In this document: piece after piece, positions 1 to 10,563 of the stretch
How the letters are laid out: every line of letters starts with the position of its first letter
Numbering within the stretch: the stretch's first letter is position 1
Origin: Pseudomonadota bacterium
GTDB lineage: Bacteria; Pseudomonadota; Alphaproteobacteria; Rhodobacterales; Rhodobacteraceae
Assembly (NCBI GenBank): GCA_039184655.1
Contig: JBCDAZ010000002.1
Coordinates: forward strand, 8,594 to 72,593
Length of the DNA: 64,000 nucleotides
Direction of reading: 5' to 3'
Position numbers and translations under genes: made by a program
Notes under the pieces: model-generated
The model's input: the letters and a program-made list of their open reading frames with translations, nothing else
Databases searched by the model: none
Told to the model about the DNA's origin: nothing

Positions 1-524
1 CGATGATCCGGCGCCATTTGGCGGATCGGCGCGATCTTCGGGTCGAATTCTCCGAGGAAGCGCCCGAGATCTTGGAAACCGGCGGCGGGCTGCGCGCGGC
101 GCTGCCCCTGATCGGCCCGGGTCCGCTGCTGACCCTCAATGCCGATGCGCTCTGGATCGACACCGATCCGGTCGCAACGCTGCTGGCCTCATGGCGTGAG
201 GAGATGGAGGCGCTCTTACACCTCATTCCCACCGGCGACGCGATTGCGCATCCTGGATCGGGCGATTTCTTTTGCAACGAGCGCGGAGCCTTGTCCCGAC
301 GCGGCGACGCTAAGCGCGCGCCATTCGTCTATACCGGTGCGCAGATTATCGTTCCCGACAGGCTGGTCGCCCAACCGCCGGGCGCATTTTCGCTCAATCC
401 GGTTTGGGATGCGATGCGCGCCGATGGCGGGCTCTACGGCGTGGTTGGCGCCGGTCGCTGGGTCGATGTCGGCACGCCGGCGGGCCTTGCCCAGGCGCGG
501 GTGCTGGCAGAGGCGGGCCCATGA
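1..524 (+). CDS. Nucleotidyltransferase family protein (MurU / sugar-1-phosphate nucleotidyltransferase-like), 5' end cut by window edge
   Basis: The frame is open from the window start. The LETGGG...NADALW pattern is typical of the NTP_transferase fold. Its position directly upstream of addB-addA-trxA matches a synteny common in Alphaproteobacteria. The stop overlaps the addB start. Confidence 0.6.
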   Translation, partial: MIRRHLADRRDLRVEFSEEAPEILETGGGLRAALPLIGPGPLLTLNADALWIDTDPVATLLASWREEMEALLHLIPTGDAIAHPGSGDFFCNERGALSRRGDAKRAPFVYTGAQIIVPDRLVAQPPGAFSLNPVWDAMRADGGLYGVVGAGRWVDVGTPAGLAQARVLAEAGP

Positions 525-3500
525 TGTTCCACGGGCAAGCAGCGCGGGTCTTCGCGCTTCCGCCAGGGGTCGCCTTTCCCGAAGCCTTTGCCGACGGGTT
601 GGTTAAACGTCTTTCCGGGGCCGCACCCGAGACGATTGCACGGGTCGAGATCTTTGCAAACGCTCAGCGTAGCGCGGCCCTGATCGCCGCAGCCCTGGCC
701 AACGAGCTGGGACCGGCATGTCTGCTGCCGCGCATACGCGTCGTCACCGATTTGGCTGCACATCCGCAAGTACCGCCGCTGCCGCTTCCGGTGCCCGATC
801 TGCGTCGCCAGCTCAGACTGGCCGATCTGGTCCATGGCTACCTGAAGGCGCGACCGGCCGCGGGGCCCGTTGCGGCCCGCTTTGAGCTCGCGCGGCGCCT
901 TGCCGGGTTGATCGATGAGCTCGATGATGCCGGCATCGCGGCGAATGCGTTCGACCGGCTGGATGTAGGCCAGCACGCCGCGCATTGGGCCGATGCGCGC
1001 TCCTTTCTCGCGATCATCGCCGATGCCTGGCCCGCGATCCGGGCCGAGACGGAGCTTGGGCGGCTCGACCCCCAGGCCCGACAGCGTGCCGCACTTGCGG
1101 CGCTGAGCCAGGCTTGGACTGTGGCACCCCCGTCGCATCCGGTGATTGTCGCAGGCTCGACGGGCAGCCGGCCTTTGACCGCCGGGTTGATGCAGCGCGT
1201 TGCCGAACTGCCGCAAGGCGCCGTCGTGCTGCCGGGCTTCGATGCACAACTGCCCTCCGACGCTTGGGCCGTCATTGGCCCCGAGCATCCGCAGGCGGCG
1301 ATCGGTCAGCTGCTTGCCGCGCTTGGTGTGGAGGCCGAAGCCGTCGGACGATGGGCCGAGACCGCTGCGCCCTTGACCTCGCGCGCCGAGCTGGTCAGCC
1401 TCGCCTTGCAGCCTGCGCCTGTTACGGATGCTTGGCGCATGGCAGCGCCGATCCTTGCGCCCCAGCTTGCCGGCGCGAGCGCCGGTCTCACGCTGGTCGA
1501 GGCTGCCTCGGCGCGCGAAGAAGCACTGACAATTGCGTTGGCTATGCGCGAGACCTTGGAGCATGCTGGCCGAACGGCGGCTCTCGTGACCCCAGACCGC
1601 CAGCTTGCCCGGCAGGTCACGGTTGCGCTCGATCGTTGGGGTATCCTACCCGACGACACCGCTGGGCGGCCGCTCGGGGTCACGCCCCCAGGCGTTTTCT
1701 TGCGTCTGGTCGGCGCTTTGGCCAACGGCCTGCGCCCGATCCCGCTGCTGGCTGCGCTGAAGCATCCGCTTGCCGGCGGGACCGGCGTGACGCGCCGACA
1801 GCACGTGTTTTGCACCGGTCTCTTGGAAAGCGCCTTGCGCGCCGCGCCGCGCCCATCCGTCGATGCGGCCCAGCTGCCGACGCTCCTGGCGGCGCGAGGG
1901 TCCGAAGGGCACAGCATGGCCGATGCCTCGACCCCGACCGGGGAAGCCTCGGCCGCTTGGGCCGCCTGGGTTGCCACGCTTCTCGCCCCGCTTGCCGCGC
2001 CCGATGCACAAGAGGCTGGGGGTTCGCCCGGCCGCAATATGTCGGACTGGGCGCGCCTTTTGCATACGGCCGCCGCGGCTCTCTGTGGCGGGCCGACCGC
2101 GGACCGCGTTCGGCTTTGGGACCGTGACGACGGCCGCGCCGCTGCGCAGCTCCTCGAAAGGCTGGTTGCGACCGCGGGTTGCGGGGGGCTTTTGACAGCG
2201 CGGGAGTTCGCGCAGCTCCTCGATCAGGAGCTTGCAGCCACGAACGTGCCGCCGGCGGATCCCGCAAGGCCGGTCGAAAGGCGCCTAAAAATCCTCGGCA
2301 ACCGCGAAGCGCGGCTCGAAACGGCCGATCTGGTGATCCTTGGGGGGCTCGCAGAGGGCGTGTGGCCGGCGTTGCCGCCGGCGGATCCATGGCTGTCCCG
2401 CCCGATGCGGGCGGCGCTGGGCCTTGCGGCGCCCGAACGGCGCATCGGTCTTGCTGCACATGATTTTCAGACCGCGCTGGGCGCAAGCAGGGTGATGATC
2501 ACCCGGCCGCGGCGGCGCGACGGAGCGCCGGTGCTACCGGCACGCTGGCTCGTTCGGCTCATCAAGCTGATGGAAGGCTGCGGCAGCGACGGCGTTCATG
2601 CAGTGGCGCAGATGCGCAGGCGCGGCGCCTATTGGACAACGCTGGCGCGTTCGCTCGACCGTCCGGCGCAGCCGGTCCCGCCTGCCGAGCGGCCCGCACC
2701 GTCCCCGCCGGTCCCGGCGCGTCCACGGTCGCTTTCGGTGACCCGGATCGAGATGCTGATCCGCGACCCTTACGCAATCTACGCCGCGTATGTTCTGCGC
2801 CTGCACAGGCTCGAACCGCCCGACCGTCCGCCCGATGCCCGTTTGCGCGGCACGGTGCTGCATCGGGTTCTGCAACGTTACGTCTCCGAAATGCCCGATC
2901 CACGATCGGACCGGGTCGGTGCCGAAGCCCGATTGATCGGGCTTGCCAATGACGAGATCGATCGGCTGATCCCTTGGCCGGCCGAGCGGCGTTTGTGGCG
3001 TGGCCGGATCGCGCGGGCGGCCGCTTGGTTTGTGGCCGGCGAGTGCGCGCGCCGCGACCTGGGCACCGTTGCGCTTTTGGAAGAAGAAGGCGCGACCTGG
3101 CTCGATTTGCCGGCTGGGCGGTTCCGGCTCAAGGCACGGGCCGATCGCATCGACCGGCTCGACACTGGCGCGCTTGCGATCCTCGACTACAAGACCGGCA
3201 AGCCGCCCTCGACCAAACAGATAAAGCACTATCAACGCCAGCTTCCCCTGACGGCCGTGATCGCCGAGGCTGGCGGATTTCGAGCGTTGGGGTCCGCGCC
3301 TGTCGAGCGGTTGGTCTGGCTTGGCCTCGACGGGTCCGGACCCGGCGGCAGCGCCACGCAGATCCTGGCCGGGTCCCAGGACGACGCCTTCGATGCCAAG
3401 GCCGAGCGCGCACGCATCGTCGCCCTGCTCTCAGCCTATGATGATGCCGCAACGCCCTACAAGGCCCGACTGATGCCCGCCTTTTTGATGGATCGGGGCG

Positions 3501-3562
3501 ACTATGATCACCTTGCGCGGCTTGGCGAGTGGGAAGGCGGCGATGCGGAGGAGGACGGATGA
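521..3562 (+). CDS. addB: Double-strand break repair protein AddB (alphaproteobacterial type)
   Basis: Roughly 1010-aa ORF immediately upstream of, and overlapping, addA. The C-terminal PD-(D/E)xK-like region reads RADRIDRL...AILDYKTGK. Start chosen at ATG 521 (MMFHGQAARVF), which overlaps the upstream stop; the 404 start would run through the upstream gene. Confidence 0.85.
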   Translation: MMFHGQAARVFALPPGVAFPEAFADGLVKRLSGAAPETIARVEIFANAQRSAALIAAALANELGPACLLPRIRVVTDLAAHPQVPPLPLPVPDLRRQLRLADLVHGYLKARPAAGPVAARFELARRLAGLIDELDDAGIAANAFDRLDVGQHAAHWADARSFLAIIADAWPAIRAETELGRLDPQARQRAALAALSQAWTVAPPSHPVIVAGSTGSRPLTAGLMQRVAELPQGAVVLPGFDAQLPSDAWAVIGPEHPQAAIGQLLAALGVEAEAVGRWAETAAPLTSRAELVSLALQPAPVTDAWRMAAPILAPQLAGASAGLTLVEAASAREEALTIALAMRETLEHAGRTAALVTPDRQLARQVTVALDRWGILPDDTAGRPLGVTPPGVFLRLVGALANGLRPIPLLAALKHPLAGGTGVTRRQHVFCTGLLESALRAAPRPSVDAAQLPTLLAARGSEGHSMADASTPTGEASAAWAAWVATLLAPLAAPDAQEAGGSPGRNMSDWARLLHTAAAALCGGPTADRVRLWDRDDGRAAAQLLERLVATAGCGGLLTAREFAQLLDQELAATNVPPADPARPVERRLKILGNREARLETADLVILGGLAEGVWPALPPADPWLSRPMRAALGLAAPERRIGLAAHDFQTALGASRVMITRPRRRDGAPVLPARWLVRLIKLMEGCGSDGVHAVAQMRRRGAYWTTLARSLDRPAQPVPPAERPAPSPPVPARPRSLSVTRIEMLIRDPYAIYAAYVLRLHRLEPPDRPPDARLRGTVLHRVLQRYVSEMPDPRSDRVGAEARLIGLANDEIDRLIPWPAERRLWRGRIARAAAWFVAGECARRDLGTVALLEEEGATWLDLPAGRFRLKARADRIDRLDTGALAILDYKTGKPPSTKQIKHYQRQLPLTAVIAEAGGFRALGSAPVERLVWLGLDGSGPGGSATQILAGSQDDAFDAKAERARIVALLSAYDDAATPYKARLMPAFLMDRGDYDHLARLGEWEGGDAEEDG

Positions 3563-6500
3563 GCGGGCATGCCGTCGATCCGCCGCCGAGTGTCGCGTCG
3601 GGTGTCGCGTCGGGTGTCGCGTCGGGCGCTCATGCCGAGGGTCCGGACGAGGCGAGCCTGGCGCAAATCCGCGCCGCGAACCCGGCCGATTCGGCCTGGG
3701 TCATGGCCAATGCCGGATCCGGCAAAACGCGGGTGTTGATCGACCGGGTCGCGCTGTTGCTCTTAGGCGGTACGGCGCCGGAGCGGATCCTTTGCCTGAC
3801 CTACACCAAGGCCGCCGCGGCCGAGATGTCCGAGCGGCTGTTCGACCGGCTCGGCCATTGGGCGATGCTGGACGATGACGCGCTGCGCCTCGAACTCGGC
3901 CGGTTGCATGAAGCGCAGCCCCCACTCGACCCACCGCTCTTGGCGCGCGCTAGGCGGCTTTTTGCCCACGCGCTGGAAACGCCGGGCGGTCTGAAAATCC
4001 AGACCATCCATGCCTTTTGCGATGCGCTGCTGCGCCGCTTTCCGATGGAGGCCGGCGTGACGCCGGGTTTTACCGAGCTCGATGCCCGCGATGCCGCGCG
4101 GCTGCAGGCGGACATCCGCAACGATCTTGCCGCCGCCGCAGAAAGCGGGTCGGACGGCGCGTTCGACGCGCTTGCCGCCCTCGCGCCGGACCGCACGCTC
4201 GACGAACTAATCGCAGCGATCCTCAAGGCGCCCACGCTTTTCCCGCCTAACTTGGCCCGCGACCATCTCGCCGCTGCGCTGAAGATCGATCCGCACCAAG
4301 GGCCGGAGGATTGGTTGGAGGCCGTGTTGCGGGCGCAACCGCGCAGCCGCCTTCAGGCCATGGCGACGGCATTGAGGGAGGGTGCGGGCAAGACCGATGC
4401 CTGTGCCGCCCAGGCCTTGACCCAAGCGCTTTCGGGCGGCGATGCGCGTGCGGCGCTAGAGGCGCTGGAAGCAGCGTTTCTGACCGCGGAAGGCGCACCG
4501 CGGAAGTCGAGAGGATTTCCCGTCAAGGCTGCGCAAGAGCGGCTTCCTGGCCTTGCCGAGGCCGTCTCCAACCTGAAAGAGGCGATCGGTTCGGCGCGGG
4601 ACGCACGGCTGGCGGCCGCGACGCTCGAACGGGCCGTAGCATTGCACCGGTTCGCCCGGGCGCTGCTTGATGCCTATGCGGCTCGAAAGGTGCAGGCGGG
4701 CAGCCTGGATTTCGAGGATCTTATCGCGCAAAGCTTGGCGCTGTTGACGCGGGCGGAAATGAGCGCCTGGGTTCTTTGGAAACTCGATGGCGGCATCGAC
4801 CATATCCTCGTCGACGAGGCGCAGGATACCAGCCCGGCGCAATGGGCGGTGATTGCCGCCCTGGCCGAGGAGGCACTTTCGGGGGCTGGCGCCCGCCAGC
4901 TGGCGCGCACGGTCTTTGCCGTCGGCGATATGAAGCAGTCGATCTATTCGTTTCAGGGCGCACAACCCCGCGCCTTTCTTGAAATGCGCGCGCATTTCAA
5001 TCGCAGCTTGACGGCGGCCGGATCGACGTTGTCGCAGGTGCCGCTCCGGCACTCCTTTCGCGCGGCGCCGCCGATCCTACGCCTGGTCGATGCGGTGTTC
5101 GACGGACCGGCTGGCGCGGGGCTTGCCGATGGAATGACAATGCCCGAGCACATCCCGTTTTTTCCAGGGCTACCTGGCCGTGTGGAGCTTTGGCCCTACC
5201 TGCTGCGGGCCGAAAAACTCACGCCCAAACCATGGTGGCAGCCGCTGGATGCGCCCGAGCCTGAGGACCCGCATAAAGTGCTCGCAGCGACGGTGGCCAG
5301 CGAGATCGCGCGCTGGTTGGCCGAGGGGCGTGGCATTGCCGACGGCCCTCCGGGAACCGCACAGCGGCCGATGCGGCCGGGCGACATTCTGATCCTGGTC
5401 CAACGCCGCCGCCTTCTGGCCCGCGAGCTTGTACGCCAGCTCAAAAGCTGCGGCGTACCCGTGGCCGGCGCTGACAGGATTTTGCTGACCGCGCAGATTG
5501 TCGTGCGCGACATCCTTGCCGTGTTGCATTTCCTGGTCACCCCTTCGGACGATCTGTCGCTGGCCGCTGCGCTGCGCTCGCCGCTGTTCGGGCTCAGCGA
5601 GGAGGCGCTATTCGCGCTGGCCCATGCGCGGTCCGGGCTGCTGTGGCAGGCGTTGCGAAAAGCAGAGCATCCGGCTGCTGCGGTTTTGACCGATCTGCGT
5701 GATGCGGCGGATTTTCTGCGCCCGCATGAGCTGATCGACCGCCTTCTTACACGGCATGGCGGGCGCCAGGCGCTGCTGGCCCGGCTGGGTGCCGAGGCGG
5801 AGGATGCGATCGACGAGTTGATGGCTCTGGCCCTGACCCATGAAGCGGTGGGCATCCCTTCGTTGACCGGGTTTTTGTCCTGGATGGAAGGCAGCACTGC
5901 CGAGGTTACGCGCCCACCCGATCTGGAAGCGACCGACCTCGTTCGGGTCATGACAGTGCATGGGGCCAAGGGGTTGGAGGCGCCGGTTGTGATCTTGCCC
6001 GATACGGCGCCACCTGGCCGGCCGCCATTCGGTCCGCTGCTCGCGATCGGTGGGTTGGGGTTTTGGGCGGCACCATCACGCGCAGCGCCCGCGGCGATGG
6101 CGGCTGCCCGGCTGGAAAAGGAGCGCGAGGAGGCCGAGGAGCGCCACCGGCTGCTCTATGTGGCGCTAACCCGCGCAAAATCGCTGCTGGTCGTTGCGGG
6201 GGCCGGTGGGGAAACCAAACTCGACGCGGCTTGGTACGGCCTCGTGCGCGCAGCAATGCAGGCCGAAGGCGCCGTGTCGATCCCGCCGCCTGCGGGTTTG
6301 ACGGGGCAGACCCTGATGATCGAGCGGAACTGGCGGGAAGGGCCCGTCGCGGCGTCAGCGCCCGTTGCGGCGTCAGCGCCCGTCGCGTCGACCGCATCTC
6401 CGGCGATGCCTGGCTGGCTCGCCGAGCCCGCGCCACCGCCGGCGCCGAAAGTTGCTCCGCGCGTGCCCTCGGCGCTGGGCGGTGGCCATATCCTGCCGCC

Positions 6501-7179
6501 CGATATTGGGCGGTTGGCCGAGCGCGATTTGCGGCCGGATGGCGAGGCCGACGAGGAAGGCGCAGCTTCGCTCGAGCGGGCTCGCGCGCTGGGTGAGACC
6601 ATCCATGCGATGCTCGAACGCCTGCCCGCCGGCGATCCTGATAGCTGGTCTGCGCTGCTCGACCAGATCGCCCCGCCACAAGCCCCGCCACAGGTCCCGC
6701 CACAGGTCCCGCCACAGGCCCATGGGCAAGATCTCACCGGATCCGACTTTTGGGCTGCCCAAACACAGCAGACAGCTGACCTTGCGGCAGAAGCGCGGAT
6801 CGCTGCTGCGCGGGTGCTGGCCATGCCGGAAGCCGGTTGGATCTTTGGGCCAGACAGCCTTGCCGAAACCGAGATCCGTGCAAGGCTCGCGCCGCTGGCC
6901 GGGCAGGAAATCGCTGGGCGTATCGATCGTCTGGTGGTTGAGCGCGACCGGGTTACGGCCATCGATCTGAAGTCGAACCGGCGTGTGCCCGACCGGCCGG
7001 AAGCAGTGCCGGAGGGAATCTTGCGGCAGATGGGCGCTTATCAGGCGGGGCTTGAGCAGGTTTTTTCCGACCGGCTGGTGCAAGTTGCGCTGCTTTGGAC
7101 CGGATCTGCAAAACTGATGCCGTTGCCGCGCCCGCTCTTGCTGCGCGCGCTAGCGCGTGCCGCTGGCGGGATGTCTTGA
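3559..7179 (+). CDS. addA: Double-strand break repair helicase AddA (UvrD/Rep superfamily 1 helicase plus C-terminal nuclease)
   Basis: Walker A ANAGSGKTRVL, helicase motifs ILCLTYTKAAAAEM, DFEDL, ILVDEAQDTSP, VGDMKQSIYSFQGA, VMTVHGAKGLEAPVV and LLYVALTRA. C-terminal nuclease motif GRIDRLVV...AIDLKSN. ATGA overlap with the addB stop. Confidence 0.9.
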   Translation: MSGHAVDPPPSVASGVASGVASGAHAEGPDEASLAQIRAANPADSAWVMANAGSGKTRVLIDRVALLLLGGTAPERILCLTYTKAAAAEMSERLFDRLGHWAMLDDDALRLELGRLHEAQPPLDPPLLARARRLFAHALETPGGLKIQTIHAFCDALLRRFPMEAGVTPGFTELDARDAARLQADIRNDLAAAAESGSDGAFDALAALAPDRTLDELIAAILKAPTLFPPNLARDHLAAALKIDPHQGPEDWLEAVLRAQPRSRLQAMATALREGAGKTDACAAQALTQALSGGDARAALEALEAAFLTAEGAPRKSRGFPVKAAQERLPGLAEAVSNLKEAIGSARDARLAAATLERAVALHRFARALLDAYAARKVQAGSLDFEDLIAQSLALLTRAEMSAWVLWKLDGGIDHILVDEAQDTSPAQWAVIAALAEEALSGAGARQLARTVFAVGDMKQSIYSFQGAQPRAFLEMRAHFNRSLTAAGSTLSQVPLRHSFRAAPPILRLVDAVFDGPAGAGLADGMTMPEHIPFFPGLPGRVELWPYLLRAEKLTPKPWWQPLDAPEPEDPHKVLAATVASEIARWLAEGRGIADGPPGTAQRPMRPGDILILVQRRRLLARELVRQLKSCGVPVAGADRILLTAQIVVRDILAVLHFLVTPSDDLSLAAALRSPLFGLSEEALFALAHARSGLLWQALRKAEHPAAAVLTDLRDAADFLRPHELIDRLLTRHGGRQALLARLGAEAEDAIDELMALALTHEAVGIPSLTGFLSWMEGSTAEVTRPPDLEATDLVRVMTVHGAKGLEAPVVILPDTAPPGRPPFGPLLAIGGLGFWAAPSRAAPAAMAAARLEKEREEAEERHRLLYVALTRAKSLLVVAGAGGETKLDAAWYGLVRAAMQAEGAVSIPPPAGLTGQTLMIERNWREGPVAASAPVAASAPVASTASPAMPGWLAEPAPPPAPKVAPRVPSALGGGHILPPDIGRLAERDLRPDGEADEEGAASLERARALGETIHAMLERLPAGDPDSWSALLDQIAPPQAPPQVPPQVPPQAHGQDLTGSDFWAAQTQQTADLAAEARIAAARVLAMPEAGWIFGPDSLAETEIRARLAPLAGQEIAGRIDRLVVERDRVTAIDLKSNRRVPDRPEAVPEGILRQMGAYQAGLEQVFSDRLVQVALLWTGSAKLMPLPRPLLLRALARAAGGMS
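3590..3625. repeat. 12-bp tandem repeat x3 (GTGTCGCGTCGG), in frame in addA (VASG x3)
   Basis: Three identical adjacent copies read directly from the sequence. Confidence 0.95.
6343..6390. repeat. 18-bp tandem repeat, ~2.7 copies (CCCGTCGCGGCGTCAGCG), in frame in addA (PVAASA)
   Basis: Direct reading; there is one C/T difference between copies 1 and 2. Confidence 0.9.
6673..6720. repeat. 12-bp tandem repeat x4 (CCGCCACAGGTC), in frame in addA (PPQA/PPQV)
   Basis: Direct reading; the outer copies differ by 1-2 nt. Confidence 0.9.
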
Positions 7180-7245
7180 CCGGGCCCGCGCCTCTGACTA
7201 ACTGCGTCGGGCCGGGTCAGCCGACCCGTAATAGGAGATCAGAGA

Positions 7246-7569
7246 ATGGGCGAGACCGTGAAGGTCACTGACGACAGCTTCGACAGCGAGGTTGTCGGCT
7301 CCGACATCCCCGTGGTGGTCGATTTCTGGGCCGAATGGTGCGGGCCGTGCAAGACCATCGCGCCAGCGCTCGACGAGCTTGCCGCGGAATATGACGGCAA
7401 GGTGAAGATCGCGAAGGTGAACGTTGACGAAAACCCGAACACGCCGTCGAAATTGGGCGTGCGCGGCATTCCGGCCTTGTTTCTCTACAAGGATGGGCAG
7501 GTGGTCTCGAACCGGGCGGGGGCGGCGCCGAAATCGGCGCTCGAGGCGTGGATCAAATCGGCCCTCTGA
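7246..7569 (+). CDS. trxA: Thioredoxin
   Basis: 107 aa with the WAEWCGPCK active site and [18 protein letters not shown] Shine-Dalgarno sequence upstream. Confidence 0.95.
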   Translation: MGETVKVTDDSFDSEVVGSDIPVVVDFWAEWCGPCKTIAPALDELAAEYDGKVKIAKVNVDENPNTPSKLGVRGIPALFLYKDGQVVSNRAGAAPKSALEAWIKSAL

Positions 7570-7837
7570 ACCTTTTGCGCAATATGTGAAGGGCCACGTG
7601 ACGGGCCGGGCCGAAGGCTGTTAAGGCGTCGCACGCATCCTGCCCAGGATCAGCTTGGGATCCCAAAAGGGGCGCGGCCTGGGTACGGGGCGGGCGCGGA
7701 GCCGCCTTTCTGGGCGGACCGCTCCCCCGCCCCGGTCCGAACCCTTCGAGCCGGACGGCGCCTTCAGCAGACAGTTTGGCACGTGCGCAGCGCGCTTCGC
7801 AAGCGCCGATCGGCGCGGTTGGTCCCTGCCCGCCTAC

Positions 7838-9121
7838 TCAGGGCCCAAGGCCGTTTTCGCGCAGCACCGATCCGGCCAGATAAAGCGATCCGCAGATCAG
7901 AATACGGGCCGACGGTGTTTGCGCTGCAATCGCCCCAACCGCGGCAAGCACGGTATCGGCGCTGCGGGCGCGCAGCCCCGCCCGTCCGGCTGCCGCCATC
8001 AGATCGGCAACGCCCAGCGTTGCTGTCGTTTCGGGGATCGCCACGGCGGTCAGCGCCATGGCTTGGGTCGCCAGGGGCCGCAGGTAGCCCTCGACATCCT
8101 TAGTATCAAGTATGCCGCAGACCAGATGGGTCGGCCGTGCCGGCAAGCCGCCCAGAACCTTCGCCAGCGCCCGTCCGGCTGACGGGTTGTGCCCGCCATC
8201 GAGCCAGATCTCGGCATCGGGCGCCGCATCGACCAGCGGGCCGCCGCGCAAACGCTGCATTCGGGCGGGCCATTCGGCGCGGGTGACCGCGGCTTCGGCC
8301 CGACCGCGACCCAGACAGCGCAGCGCGGCCAGCGCCGTCCCGGCATTGGTCACCTGATGATCGCCGATCAGACCGGGCATCGGCAGATCGAGAAGACCCG
8401 TCTCGTCCTCAAAGACCATGCGGTCATGCGAGCGCCACGCCTGCCAGTCCCGGCCGCCGACCAAAAGCGGCGCGCCGCGCTCTGCAGCCCGTGCCTCGAT
8501 CACCGAAAGCGCTGCATCGGCTTGCGGCGCGACAACACATGGCACGCCCGGCTTCAGGATACCGGCCTTCTCCCCGGCAATTGCGCTGAGCGTATCGCCC
8601 AGATAGGGCTCATGATCGAAATCGACAGGGGTGATCACGGTAAGCGTGGGGCTTTCCACCACGTTGGTTGCATCCAGCCGACCGCCCAACCCCACCTCCA
8701 GCAATGTCCAGTCGGCCGCGGTTTCGGCAAAGGCGAGCAACGCCGCGCAGGTCGTGATCTCGAAATAGGTGATCGGGGCAGCGCCATTGGCGACTTCGCA
8801 ACGCTCCAAGATTTGGGCGAGATCGGCCTCGCCGATCAGCGTCCCGGCCAGGCGGATCCGTTCGTGAAACCGCGTCAAATGCGGCGAGGTATAGGCGTGG
8901 CAAACCTGGCCTTCACCCTCCAGCCCGGCGCGGATCATTGCCAGGGTCGATCCCTTGCCGTTGGTGCCCGCAATATGGACGACCGGCGGCAGGCGGGTCT
9001 GCGGATTGCCCAGATGTCCCAACAGCCGATATACGCGCCCCAGGGTCAAATCGATCAGCTTCGGGTGCAGCTGCATCATCCGGGCTAGAATGATGTCGCT
9101 GCCTTGTGGACCCAGGGTCAC
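7838..9121 (-). CDS. folC: Bifunctional folylpolyglutamate synthase / dihydrofolate synthase
   Basis: Mur-ligase P-loop [11 protein letters not shown], then TSPHL and DGGHNP motifs. The GTG start overlaps the accD stop (GTGA). accD-folC is a conserved pairing. Confidence 0.9.
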   Translation of the reverse strand: MTLGPQGSDIILARMMQLHPKLIDLTLGRVYRLLGHLGNPQTRLPPVVHIAGTNGKGSTLAMIRAGLEGEGQVCHAYTSPHLTRFHERIRLAGTLIGEADLAQILERCEVANGAAPITYFEITTCAALLAFAETAADWTLLEVGLGGRLDATNVVESPTLTVITPVDFDHEPYLGDTLSAIAGEKAGILKPGVPCVVAPQADAALSVIEARAAERGAPLLVGGRDWQAWRSHDRMVFEDETGLLDLPMPGLIGDHQVTNAGTALAALRCLGRGRAEAAVTRAEWPARMQRLRGGPLVDAAPDAEIWLDGGHNPSAGRALAKVLGGLPARPTHLVCGILDTKDVEGYLRPLATQAMALTAVAIPETTATLGVADLMAAAGRAGLRARSADTVLAAVGAIAAQTPSARILICGSLYLAGSVLRENGLGP

Positions 9122-10296
9122 GACGTGCCGGAGGGAGGGCGTGCGCGTGCCCGGAGCGCGTCACCGCCCGTTTTGCCGCCCGTTTTGCCGCCCGTCTTGC
9201 TAAATGCGCGTCCGGCCGATGGGCCCGTTACATCCCCCGCTAAGTCCGTCGTCGCATGCCCCGCCGCTCCGCTCGCTACATCTGCGGTCACGTCACCTGT
9301 TACATCCCTGGCCATGCTGCCGTCGGGACCATTCCCAGGGCTGCTCTCGGTATGGCTCCCGGCATGGTGCCCGGGCGTTTCCGCGCCGGTCTCGCCAATT
9401 TCTTCCTGAGGCTTTGGCGGCGCCGGCAGATCGCCATGGCTGCGGGGTGGCTGGCCGGTCAGCAGCCGGATGAGCGTGGCGAGCGTATCGCGCATAGCGC
9501 TGCGATGGACGACCATGTCGAGCATGCCGTGATCGAGTAGATACTCTGCGCGTTGAAACCCTTCGGGCAGTTTTTCGCGAATCGTCTGTTCGATCACCCG
9601 CGGGCCGGCAAAACAGATCAAGGCACCGGGCTCGGCGATCTGCACATCGCCCAGCATAGCGTATGATGCCGTAACCCCGCCTGTGGTCGGATCGGTCAGC
9701 ACCGAGATATAGGGCAGGCCCGCCTCGGCCAGCATGTCCAGGGCGACCGTGGTGCGCGGCATCTGCATCAACGACAGGATCCCCTCTTGCATCCGCGCCC
9801 CGCCCGCGGCTGCGAAGATGATCAGCGGGCAACGCCGTTCCAACGCCTTTTCGGCCGCCGCGACAATGGCGTTGCCGACATACATGCCCATCGATCCGGC
9901 CATGAAGGCAAAATCCTGCGCCGCAACAACAGCAAGCGCATCGCCAATCCGTCCCTCGCCGACCAGCATCGCCTCATGCTCGCCCGTACGCCGCCTGGCA
10001 TCGCGCATACGGTCGCCATAGCGTTTCTGGTCGCGAAACTGCAGCGGATCGGCCAGCGGGTCGGGGATTTCGACGGCCAACCAAAGGCCGCCATCGAAGA
10101 GCGCGTCGAAGCGCGCCCGGGGTCCGATCGGCATGTGGTGATTGCAGCTCAGGCAGACATTGAGCGAGTCCGCCAGCTCGCGATGGAACAGCATCGTGCC
10201 GCACGCGTCGCATTTACGCCAGAGATTCTCGGGAACCTCGCGGCGCGAGAACAGCGAATTGATCGAGGGCTTGATGTAGTTCGATATCCAGTTCAT
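9118..10296 (-). CDS. accD: Acetyl-CoA carboxylase carboxyltransferase beta subunit with a ~100-aa low-complexity C-terminal extension
   Basis: N-terminal Zn-ribbon CDACGTMLF...CLSCNHH, followed by carboxyltransferase core motifs ([19 protein letters not shown]). The tail contains KTGG x3. Confidence 0.9.
   Translation of the reverse strand: MNWISNYIKPSINSLFSRREVPENLWRKCDACGTMLFHRELADSLNVCLSCNHHMPIGPRARFDALFDGGLWLAVEIPDPLADPLQFRDQKRYGDRMRDARRRTGEHEAMLVGEGRIGDALAVVAAQDFAFMAGSMGMYVGNAIVAAAEKALERRCPLIIFAAAGGARMQEGILSLMQMPRTTVALDMLAEAGLPYISVLTDPTTGGVTASYAMLGDVQIAEPGALICFAGPRVIEQTIREKLPEGFQRAEYLLDHGMLDMVVHRSAMRDTLATLIRLLTGQPPRSHGDLPAPPKPQEEIGETGAETPGHHAGSHTESSPGNGPDGSMARDVTGDVTADVASGAAGHATTDLAGDVTGPSAGRAFSKTGGKTGGKTGGDALRARARPPSGTS
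9164..9200. repeat. 12-bp tandem repeat x3 (CCGCCCGTTTTG), in frame in the accD 3' extension (KTGG x3)
   Basis: Direct reading. Confidence 0.9.
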
Positions 10297-10563
10297 GGCA
10301 TCCGCCTGGCATTTTCGCGCTTAAATAGGCCCCGGAGGCGGCCGATGCAATCGCCGAGCAGGTGGCTCAGGTCGCCTTCTGTTGAAGGATCGCGGTTTCT
10401 CACGGGCCGCTGGCCTGTTTTTGGGCGGCGTAGATGTGGCGTGGAGACGTGGGGGCTGCCTCCTCGCCCGCCGCACAACGTCGTCCCGCATCCCAAGCGG
10501 TGCAATAGGTTCCGCATCGCTGCGAACTGCACTATCGTCAGCGCGCATCAGGAGGGCAGGCGC

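Noticed and set aside
7570-7837. Possible small gene, or terminator hairpins, in the trxA-folC convergent spacer (GGGGCGGG...CCCGCCCC and GCGCTT-CGC-AAGCGC).
   Set aside because: The stems are imperfect and not followed by T-runs, and the ORFs there have shadow composition. The evidence is insufficient to call a terminator or a gene.
9787-10563. Upstream extensions of real genes offered by the ORF track: ilvE from 9787, mutS from 50688, addB from 404, hisF from 45944, rfbA from 41610 and aspS from 60510.
   Set aside because: The extensions run antisense through, or overlap, well-supported neighbouring genes and have shadow-ORF composition. Internal ATG/GTG starts give N-termini matching the known families.
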